The notes under the pieces were generated by a model. That model saw only the letters and a list, made by a program, of their open reading frames with translations, had not been told where the DNA came from and did not search any database. 11,565 bases of DNA, taken from NCBI GenBank assembly GCA_018304425.1, contig JAGVWE010000001.1, positions 1-11,565 of the forward strand, read 5' to 3'. The position numbers were made by a program, and so were the translations under genes. Position 1 is the first letter of the stretch. Every line of letters starts with the position of its first letter. The DNA is from Candidatus Iainarchaeum sp. Its GTDB lineage: Archaea; Iainarchaeota; Iainarchaeia; Iainarchaeales; UBA10219. Positions 1 through 6,624 of this stretch are shown piece by piece.

Positions 1-684
1 GCGGACAGGCTGCAGGTCGCGGCTCCATCGACGGGCCTGGCCATCCTGCCGACACAGGCACCGGAGCCAAGCGGCAACCAGCCCGAAGCGGCGCCGCCAG
101 CGGCTGCCCCCACCGGCCCGGAAATGAAGGGCTTGTTAAAGGACCCGGCCGGCAAAATGGGCCAGGACAACGCACCAGTAGTCTTCGTCGAGTACTCGGA
201 CTTCCAGTGCCCGTTCTGCGGGAGATGGTACAAGGACTCGGCAGCCCAGCTGAAAAGGGATTACGTTGACACCGGGAAAGTGCTGTTCCTGTACAAGGAC
301 TTTCCCCTGAGCTTCCACCCCAACGCCGGCCCAGCCGCCAACGCGGCGAGGTGCGCGGCCGAGCAAGGCAAGTTCTGGGAATTCCACGACAAGGTCTTTG
401 AAAACCAGGAAGCCCTGTCGGCCGACAACTACAAGAAGTGGGCCAAGGAACTGAAGCTCAACGCGGGCCAGTTCGACTCCTGCTTTGCTGGCAGCAAGTA
501 CAACAACCTCGTGCAGGCCAACTTCAGCGAGGGCTCGCGGTACGGCGTTTCCGGGACCCCGAGCTTCCTCGTGGGCAAGGCCGGCGGAAAAGCACAGCTC
601 GGGCCGCAAGGCTCCTATCCTTCCATCGTGGGCGCCATGCCGTACAGCGAGTTCAAGGACGCCATCGATGCGTTGCTGAAATAA
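1..684 (+). CDS. DsbA-family (thioredoxin-fold) thiol-disulfide oxidoreductase, 5'-truncated by the window
   Basis: Frame is open from base 1 (Pro/Ala-rich linker ADRLQVAAPS...AAPTGPE), so the true start lies upstream of the window. Contains VEYSDFQCPFC active site, KDFPLSFH, AARCAAEQGKFW and the cis-Pro loop GVSGTPSF. Confidence 0.93.
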   Translation, partial: ADRLQVAAPSTGLAILPTQAPEPSGNQPEAAPPAAAPTGPEMKGLLKDPAGKMGQDNAPVVFVEYSDFQCPFCGRWYKDSAAQLKRDYVDTGKVLFLYKDFPLSFHPNAGPAANAARCAAEQGKFWEFHDKVFENQEALSADNYKKWAKELKLNAGQFDSCFAGSKYNNLVQANFSEGSRYGVSGTPSFLVGKAGGKAQLGPQGSYPSIVGAMPYSEFKDAIDALLK

Positions 685-705
685 GCCTGGTTGGGGCTCA
701 ACGCC

Positions 706-1569
706 CTATCTTTTCACCAGCCAGTCGTTCAGGTCAGCCCATAGCCGCATGTCCCAGGGAGTGAACTCCTGGATGGCCTCCATGAAGGGAGTCGTGCCCC
801 CATAGGAGGCGATGGTCCAGCCGATGGCCAACAGGAACAAGCCCGCGACCAGGTTGTAGGGGCTGAGGCTGAGTTGCCTGCCAAACAGGTTCAGGGAAAA
901 CGGGGTGTTGACGGCGGCCACCATTTTTTGGAATCCTTTCCGTTCCGCCACCAGCGAGGCAGCCACCAGGGGCAGGACGACGCCGGCCGAGAAGGCGAGG
1001 AGCAGCAGGGCGCCCCAGGCCGGGCTGGCCATGCCGCCGGCCGCGAGCAGGATGCCGGCCAAGACCGCACCCATGCAGGGCGTCCAGCCAATGCCGAAAA
1101 GGGCGCCCAAGAAGAACATCGAGGCCAGGCCGCCGCTTGCCTTGACGAAGTGCTGCTGGAGCGTGGGCAGGTTTTTTCCCGCCAGCAGCCAGAGGCCCGC
1201 GAATGCCAGCAGGACTCCCGATACCAGGGCGAAAGGCTGCCGGTAGGCATTGAAGAGGGTGCCGAGGCTGCCGGCGACGAAGCCGAACACCGTGAAAGTG
1301 GCCATGAGGCCCAGGCCGAATAGGAGGCTGGCCTGGAAGGCCTTCTTCCGGGTGAAGGCCACGGTGAAAAACAGGGGCAGCAGGACGAAGCCGCAGGGCG
1401 AGAGAAAAGAGATTAAGCCGCCAAGGAAGGCGCCCAACAGGGTGACGCTCTGCATGAGCTGCTGGTTGTATTCAACGATTCTTTGGAGGCCGATTGGGAG
1501 CTCCTGGGCGAGCACGGGAACCGCGAGGAAGGAGAGGAAAACCAGCCAGACAAGCAATCGGGGAGGCAT
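706..1569 (-). CDS. ccdA: CcdA/DsbD-beta transmembrane electron transporter (cytochrome c biogenesis CcdA family) with N-terminal signal-like extension
   Basis: Both hallmark Cys motifs are present (GLISFLSPCGFVLLP and GIGWTPCMGAVLAGIL) with multiple hydrophobic helices. Start moved from 1653 to ATG 1569 (MPPRLLVWLV) to avoid overlapping the upstream gene, which stops at 1583. Confidence 0.88.
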   Translation of the reverse strand: MPPRLLVWLVFLSFLAVPVLAQELPIGLQRIVEYNQQLMQSVTLLGAFLGGLISFLSPCGFVLLPLFFTVAFTRKKAFQASLLFGLGLMATFTVFGFVAGSLGTLFNAYRQPFALVSGVLLAFAGLWLLAGKNLPTLQQHFVKASGGLASMFFLGALFGIGWTPCMGAVLAGILLAAGGMASPAWGALLLLAFSAGVVLPLVAASLVAERKGFQKMVAAVNTPFSLNLFGRQLSLSPYNLVAGLFLLAIGWTIASYGGTTPFMEAIQEFTPWDMRLWADLNDWLVKR

Positions 1570-1582
1570 GGAAACGCCTGGC

Positions 1583-2359
1583 CTATGAGAACCCGCAACG
1601 GGTTTCCCGGTCAAAGGAGTGGAAGGCGTCAAACTTTTTCTTGGCCGAGGCAAGGTGCCGGCCCGTGCCCTGGACCTGGACGGCGAACCGGTCTGCCTTC
1701 AGTTCCTCGTTTTCGAGGTCGGCCCTGATTTCATTGAAGGAAAAGACCGGCACCAGCCGTTTCACGAGCAGCGAGGAGAACTTGAACAACTGGTTGGAGT
1801 TCTTCAGGTGGCTGAGCTCGTGCAAGAGCACCGCCTCGGCTTCCTTCTTCGTCAGGAGCTCCAGGAGGCCGACCGAGACGAAGATGGTGGGCTGGAGGCC
1901 GGCCGTGGAAAAGGCGACCGGTTTTTGGTCGTCGACGAGCAGCACCTTCGGCTGGCGCATCCCGAGCCGGGAGGAGTAAAGGGAAACCATTCCGGCGATT
2001 TCTCCGTCTCCCAGTTCCCGCGCCTTCAGCATCCGGCGGTAGAGGAGGGGCGAGACCAAGTAACCCAGGACGATGGAGCCAAGCAAGGCGATGGGCAGCG
2101 CCTTGAAAACGGTTTTGGCCTGGCATGCCAGCATGCCGGCGCAGGGCACCGAAAGCGTGAAATAGACGAGGGGAAAGAGCACCGAGAAGAAGGTGGTGTA
2201 AATCCAGGCAGTCTTCTTTCGAACACTCAAATCGCTTCGCTTCAACTGGAGCAGCGCCACCACGGCGAGGAACAGGGCGCCAAGCGTGACCATCAGGCCA
2301 TCCCGGCTCTGGAGGAAGCCCAGCAGGCAGGTTCCCACCATGCAACCCATGTCAAACAT
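1583..2359 (-). CDS. BlaR1/MecR1-like membrane zinc metalloprotease (M56/M48), short form without penicillin-binding sensor domain
   Basis: Three N-terminal hydrophobic segments, then PVAFSTAG..PTIFVSVGLL, AVLLHELSHL (HEXXH) and ELKADRFA. Its ATG directly abuts the stop codon of the BlaI-family gene. Confidence 0.88.
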   Translation of the reverse strand: MFDMGCMVGTCLLGFLQSRDGLMVTLGALFLAVVALLQLKRSDLSVRKKTAWIYTTFFSVLFPLVYFTLSVPCAGMLACQAKTVFKALPIALLGSIVLGYLVSPLLYRRMLKARELGDGEIAGMVSLYSSRLGMRQPKVLLVDDQKPVAFSTAGLQPTIFVSVGLLELLTKKEAEAVLLHELSHLKNSNQLFKFSSLLVKRLVPVFSFNEIRADLENEELKADRFAVQVQGTGRHLASAKKKFDAFHSFDRETRCGFS

Positions 2360-2722
2360 TCACGCATGCCTCCCGAAGCGTTCGTTGAAGTAAGTGGTGG
2401 CCGTTGACCCAAACCGCTGAATCAGCTTGTTGACCGCGCTCTCCAGCATGTGCTCCTTGAACTTGGAGGGGGAGCCTGAGGCGAAGTAAATGTAGCGGTA
2501 GCCACCCCGGCAGGACTCGACCTTCCGCTCAACCAGGCCCTTCGAGTACAGCCGGTCGAGGATGACCGCGACGCTCGTCAAGGCGACTTTCCGCTTCCGC
2601 TTGACGAGTTTATGGGCTTCCTTGGTGCGCATGCCGTTCCCCCTGACCAGTACGTCAAGAACCACGGCCTCCAGGGGGCTAAGCGCAGCTTTTAATTCTT
2701 GACGTATCTCAATTACCTTCAT
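2360..2722 (-). CDS. BlaI/MecI/CopY-family winged-helix transcriptional repressor
   Basis: LSPLEAVVLDVL ... VALTSVAVILDRLYSKGLVER ... YRYIY and a C-terminal dimerisation helix (AVNKLIQRFG); 120 aa from ATG 2722 (TTG 2725 is an alternative); coupled to an HEXXH protease as in blaI/blaR. Confidence 0.9.
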   Translation of the reverse strand: MKVIEIRQELKAALSPLEAVVLDVLVRGNGMRTKEAHKLVKRKRKVALTSVAVILDRLYSKGLVERKVESCRGGYRYIYFASGSPSKFKEHMLESAVNKLIQRFGSTATTYFNERFGRHA

Positions 2723-2745
2723 CAATAAGGGGATGGGAAGTAAGG

Positions 2746-2753
2746 CTTAAAAA
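2746..2753 (-). promoter_or_regulatory. Putative archaeal TATA box for the repressor-protease-ccdA transcript (likely leaderless)
   Basis: Minus strand reads TTTTTAAG about 25 nt upstream of ATG 2722, with a pyrimidine-rich spacer and no Shine-Dalgarno. Confidence 0.6.
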
Positions 2754-2765
2754 CATAACCGATTA

Positions 2766-2796
2766 TACAAGTTGTAACATTTACAAGCATTTGTAA
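2766..2796. promoter_or_regulatory. Putative BlaI/CopY-type operator array (TACA...TGTA palindromes)
   Basis: TACAA-G-TTGTA (2766-2776) and TTACAA-GCAT-TTGTAA (2781-2796); the inner half-sites form a third dyad, TTGTAA-CAT-TTACAA (2772-2786). TACA/TGTA is the established half-site of BlaI, MecI and CopY operators, and the array is next to such a repressor gene. Confidence 0.75.
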
Positions 2797-2805
2797 TGGT
2801 ATGGA

Positions 2806-3543
2806 GTGGGAAACTTGAAGGAATCAGCTGAGACCCGGTTCTTCCTGGGCACCAAAAAAGGCTTTTACGCCCTCGTCATCATCACGGCGTTCATGCTGTT
2901 GAACAACATCCTGGCCACCACCCTGTTCGCGCAAGCCATTCAGGCAACTGCGGCCGGGGCCGGCGCCGGGCCCGCGGTCGTCGACGTCGGCAGCGGCTTG
3001 AATTATGGCCCGAAGACCACGCTCAAGCCCATGCCGTTGGCGCAGGACGAGCAGCCCACCTTCCAGGGCTTCAGGACCAGGGTAAAAGCCCTGCCCACCA
3101 TCAGCGAACTCGCCATCGCCCCCTCCAGCAGTGATTTAGTCCAGGACCTGGTCAACAACATCATCCCCACCGGCGTACCATGGTATAGCGACGAAGCCGG
3201 GGGAGTCACTTTTGACGACCCCATTTACGCGCAGCAGACTTGGGGCCCCTACGAGGAAACCATCCAGTTGAGCGGCGAAGACGAACAACGGTGGAGCACC
3301 ATCGTGAACTCGTTCACCTGCGATTATTGTTGTGGTTCCCCGCAGCAGCCCACCATCATCACGCGGTGCGGCTGCGCGCATGCGAAGGCCGCGCGGGGCA
3401 TGGCCAAGTGGTTCATCCAGAATCATGGCGATGAATTCTCGGACGAGGAAATCTACGGCGAAATGGCGCGATGGTACGCCCTGTGGTATCCGGGGCCCAC
3501 CGTCAAGCGGCTCGCCGAAGAAATAACCGGAACGCTATCATGA
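2806..3543 (+). CDS. Membrane-anchored hypothetical protein with CxxCC-x11-CxCxH motif (putative metal- or cluster-binding)
   Basis: 245-aa ORF with an N-terminal hydrophobic helix, an Ala/Gly linker and the motif TCDYCCGSPQQPTIITRCGCAH. First gene of the operon. Start is uncertain (GTG 2806 or TTG 2815). Confidence 0.8.
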   Translation: MGNLKESAETRFFLGTKKGFYALVIITAFMLLNNILATTLFAQAIQATAAGAGAGPAVVDVGSGLNYGPKTTLKPMPLAQDEQPTFQGFRTRVKALPTISELAIAPSSSDLVQDLVNNIIPTGVPWYSDEAGGVTFDDPIYAQQTWGPYEETIQLSGEDEQRWSTIVNSFTCDYCCGSPQQPTIITRCGCAHAKAARGMAKWFIQNHGDEFSDEEIYGEMARWYALWYPGPTVKRLAEEITGTLS

Positions 3544-3569
3544 TGATTAAACACAGGGAGGCAAAAAAA

Positions 3570-3794
3570 ATGGACAAGACAATGATCCTCACCATTCTGG
3601 TGGGAGCCATGGTATTGGTTTCGGCCCTGCAAACCATTCAATTGTTTGGGCTGAGCAACGCGCTGTCCGGCGCACAGGTTGGCGGAGGCTCGCTGAGCGC
3701 GGCGAAAGCCCCGGCAACCACGGCCAAGGCGCCCGTTGCGGTCAGCGGGGGCACGAGCCTAAAGAACCTGCCCAGCATGGTTGGCGGGTGTTAG
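3570..3794 (+). CDS. Small membrane-anchored protein (74 aa) ending in LPSMVGGC
   Basis: GGAGG at 3557-3561 precedes ATG 3570. One hydrophobic helix, an Ala/Gly/Pro/Thr linker and a terminal MVGGC. Fills the gap between its neighbours in the operon orientation. Confidence 0.8.
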   Translation: MDKTMILTILVGAMVLVSALQTIQLFGLSNALSGAQVGGGSLSAAKAPATTAKAPVAVSGGTSLKNLPSMVGGC

Positions 3795-3835
3795 GCCGGC
3801 AAGGAGCCAAGAGCCAGGGAAAGGATTGACAGGCA

Positions 3836-4987
3836 ATGACCAATGCAGGGAAACTCAAGCGGAACGCGTTGACGGTGTTGTTCGTGTTGCTGGTGGGGAT
3901 TAGCCTCCTCAACACCCTCCAATTGATGAACATCACGGGCAAGCTCACCGAAAAGGTGGTGGAAGCAAAAGAGCTGGCGCGGCCGGCCAAGATAGAGGTA
4001 ACCCTGCTTGTTTCAGGGGCTTGCAGCGCAAGTGACTGCTATGACATCGGCTTGTCCCTGGATGCCTTGAAGCAACAGAACGTGGAAGTCACGAAGGAAC
4101 AGACCCTCGCGCTGGAGTCAGCCGAAGGAAAGGCCCTGGCGGAAGCCAGTGGCGTCCAACGGCTGCCAGCCCTGGTCGTGTCCGTGGAACCGAAAAAGGC
4201 GGAACAACTGAAGAACTACTGGAAGCGCGTGAACGCCGTTGAACCCGCAGAAGGCAAGGCCGTTGTCCAGCCACCGGTGCCGCCCTACTTTGACCTCGCC
4301 CAGGGAAAAGTGGCGGGACTGGTAAAGCTCGTCTCGCTGACGGATGACGCCTGCACGCAATGCCTCAAATTGGATGACGTTGCCGCAATCCTCGAGGGAG
4401 CCGGGATAAAAATCGTGGACAAACAAGTGCAGGCCTATGATTCCCCCGAAGGAAAGGCATCCATTGAAGGGTTCGGCGTGACCCGGATTCCGGCCCTCCT
4501 CCTCTCCAAGGACGTAATGGTTTACGAGGGCATGGCCGAGCAGTTGAAGGCCCTGAACTCGGTTGAAAAAAACGGCTATTACGCCGTCCACTCCACTATT
4601 CCGCCTTACCGCGAGGTTGCCAGCAACCAGGTCAAGGGCCTGGTGGAAGTCATTTACCTGACGGACGAGTCCTGCAAGGAATGCTTTGACGTCCAGGTGA
4701 ACAAGCAAGTCCTCCAACGGTTTGGCTTGGTCTTTGCGAGCGAGAAGACCGTTGACATTGCGTCAAAGGAAGGCAAGGAACTCGTGAACCGCTACAACCT
4801 GACAAAGGTTCCGGCCTTTCTGATGTCCGGTGAGGCCAAGGAATACGCTTCCCTCAACAGCGTGTGGAAACAGGTGGGCACGGTCGAGGGCAGCGGCTGG
4901 TATGTTTTCAGGAAGCCCGAAGTGTTCGGTGCCTACAAGGACCTGGAGAAAAAATTGGTGGTCACGCCGCAGCAGGGCGGCCAGTAA
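3836..4987 (+). CDS. Membrane-anchored protein with three tandem thioredoxin/glutaredoxin-like repeats
   Basis: N-terminal TM helix, then three ~107-110-aa repeats with CSASDC, CTQC and CKEC, each followed by S.EGK and a cis-Pro-like RLPA/RIPA/KVPA. Confidence 0.8.
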   Translation: MTNAGKLKRNALTVLFVLLVGISLLNTLQLMNITGKLTEKVVEAKELARPAKIEVTLLVSGACSASDCYDIGLSLDALKQQNVEVTKEQTLALESAEGKALAEASGVQRLPALVVSVEPKKAEQLKNYWKRVNAVEPAEGKAVVQPPVPPYFDLAQGKVAGLVKLVSLTDDACTQCLKLDDVAAILEGAGIKIVDKQVQAYDSPEGKASIEGFGVTRIPALLLSKDVMVYEGMAEQLKALNSVEKNGYYAVHSTIPPYREVASNQVKGLVEVIYLTDESCKECFDVQVNKQVLQRFGLVFASEKTVDIASKEGKELVNRYNLTKVPAFLMSGEAKEYASLNSVWKQVGTVEGSGWYVFRKPEVFGAYKDLEKKLVVTPQQGGQ

Positions 4988-5020
4988 GAGTCCAGCCACT
5001 GCCATTGTTTGGGGAGCGAA

Positions 5021-5794
5021 ATGAGCGAAAAAGAAGGATGGGTGCTCTACGGCTTCGTGGTTTTCGCGGTCGTGGCGCTGGGAATCGGCTTGCTGGCTTT
5101 GGCCAACATCCTGGGTCTGAACCAAGCGAGCCCGGACGATGAAAGTCAAGCCACGCAGGAGCGGGACGAGGCCATGGGCCGGTTGACCATGACGTCCTTT
5201 GACCGGGATATGGCCCTGAAACTCATGGACAAGGACTCCGATGGCAAATGCGATGCCTGCGGCATGCCGGTCGAGATGTGCATCGAGTCCGGCCAGCTGG
5301 AATGCAACATGGGACCGGATGGCGCGTCCAAGATGGGGTTGCTGAACTCCCAGCACGTCCACGCGGACTGGAAGGTTTACGTCAACGGAAAGGCGCTCGA
5401 CTTGTCGGACAAAACCCATGGAGGACGCATGCAGGCCGGGCTTCCCGTGAGCAGTTTCATGCACGTCGACGAAGGCGCGCCAGCGCCTGAACTGCCGGGC
5501 GACGTCCTGCACATGCACGCCAAGAACGTGCCCCTCTGGCTGTGGTTCGAAAGCCTGGGCATGGAGTTCTCCAGGGACTGCCTGGAACTGAGCGCAACCC
5601 CCAAGTTGGGGGCAGGCGAAAAATACTGCAACGGCAACGGAAAGACCCTGAAGTTCTACGTGAACGGCCAGCCCAACGATGGATTCGAGAAATACGTGTT
5701 CAGGGACGGGGACAAGCTGCTGATTTCCTACGGGGATGAAACGGACTTGTCAGCGCAACTGGGTTCCATTACTAGCTTCGGTGGACGCCATTGA
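5021..5794 (+). CDS. Membrane-anchored His/Cys/Met-rich hypothetical protein (CxxCGM plus HxH domain)
   Basis: GGGGAG precedes ATG 5021. TM helix, DKDSDGKCDACGM...C...C, then HVHADW, MHV, LHMHA and VNGQP..FEKYVFRDGDKLLI. Paralogous C-terminal domain in 7595-8173. Confidence 0.8.
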   Translation: MSEKEGWVLYGFVVFAVVALGIGLLALANILGLNQASPDDESQATQERDEAMGRLTMTSFDRDMALKLMDKDSDGKCDACGMPVEMCIESGQLECNMGPDGASKMGLLNSQHVHADWKVYVNGKALDLSDKTHGGRMQAGLPVSSFMHVDEGAPAPELPGDVLHMHAKNVPLWLWFESLGMEFSRDCLELSATPKLGAGEKYCNGNGKTLKFYVNGQPNDGFEKYVFRDGDKLLISYGDETDLSAQLGSITSFGGRH

Positions 5795-5802
5795 GGGAAC
5801 GC

Positions 5803-6210
5803 ATGGACGCAAAAACGAGGATTGAAAGCTTTGTCAGCTCCGCTTCGGGGGCATTGGCAACCATTGGCTCGAGCTGGCAGGTCTGCCACAACATCTGCCT
5901 GGCGGCATTGGCCTTGCTGGCCTCCATCGGCATTGTCATAACCGGGATGCCGCTGCTTTTCCTGTTCGAATACAACCTTTATTTCTGGGGGGCCGCCGTG
6001 CTGTTGCTGGCGCTGACGCTCACCATGTTTCTCAGGAACCCGGCCTGTGGCTCGAAAAACGTCTTGGCGTTCAACGTGGGTGTGGTCATCGCCGGAACTC
6101 CTGGCCAATTCCTCGGAGGCTTTCAGCCCCTGTTCTGGGGGGTTGGAGGCGTTATTGCGTTGACGGGAATCGTGGGCTGGTGGCTGAAGCGGAAAAAGGG
6201 AGAAAAATGA
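5803..6210 (+). CDS. Small 4-TM membrane protein with CxxxC in the first helix (MerC/MerT-like architecture)
   Basis: About four hydrophobic helices, VCHNIC near the N-terminus, a further Cys in a loop (NPACG) and a basic tail. ATG 5803 follows GAGGGA; stop overlaps the next start (ATGA). The Mer-like label is by architecture only. Confidence 0.72.
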   Translation: MDAKTRIESFVSSASGALATIGSSWQVCHNICLAALALLASIGIVITGMPLLFLFEYNLYFWGAAVLLLALTLTMFLRNPACGSKNVLAFNVGVVIAGTPGQFLGGFQPLFWGVGGVIALTGIVGWWLKRKKGEK

Positions 6211-6611
6211 ACTGGCCAGCATGGGCTTTGATTTCGTTGGTTGCGGGCGTGCTCCTCGCGGGATGCGTAGCCGGCGAAGGCAAGCCGGCTGCCGGGAGAG
6301 GAGAAACAGGCTTGAAGACGCTGTCCGTCGAAGAATTAAGGCAAGGGCTTGAAAACAAGGACTTTTTCCTGGTGGACGTGCACGTCCCCGAACAGGAACA
6401 CTTCCCGCAAACCGATGCATTCATTCCCTATGATGCGATTGAGTCAAACCTGGGGAGCCTCCCAAAGGACAAGAACGCCAAGATTGTGCTGTATTGCAGG
6501 ACCGACCGAATGAGCGGAATCGCGGGAGAAAAACTAGTGCGCTTGGGGTACACCAACGTCTACCATGTCGTGGGCGGAAAAGTGGCCTGGGACGGGATGG
6601 CCAGCGACTAG
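6207..6611 (+). CDS. Single-domain rhodanese-like sulfurtransferase, predicted lipoprotein
   Basis: Signal peptide with lipobox LLAGC; FLVDVH.PE, IVLYCRTDRMS, LGYTNVYHVVGG..AW. ATGA coupling with the upstream gene fixes the start at 6207. Confidence 0.88.
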   Translation: MNWPAWALISLVAGVLLAGCVAGEGKPAAGRGETGLKTLSVEELRQGLENKDFFLVDVHVPEQEHFPQTDAFIPYDAIESNLGSLPKDKNAKIVLYCRTDRMSGIAGEKLVRLGYTNVYHVVGGKVAWDGMASD

Positions 6612-6624
6612 GCAGGGGAAAGGC

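Noticed and set aside
124-126. ATG 124 as the DsbA start
   Set aside because: The frame is open to base 1 with a linker-like sequence and no signal peptide follows this ATG; the real start is probably upstream of the window.
685-705. Small dyad GTTGG-GGC-TCAAC between dsbA-like and ccdA stops
   Set aside because: Too short and weak to call a terminator.
1583-2722. Beta-lactam resistance (bla/mec) locus
   Set aside because: The protease has no penicillin-binding domain and no beta-lactamase or PBP gene is present.
3471-3570. Longer 107-aa version of the MVGGC ORF, or a frameshift at the A8 run (3563-3570) joining it to the upstream gene
   Set aside because: The upstream gene ends in tandem TGA TGA before the A-run, and a good GGAGG precedes ATG 3570, so two separate genes is the simpler reading.
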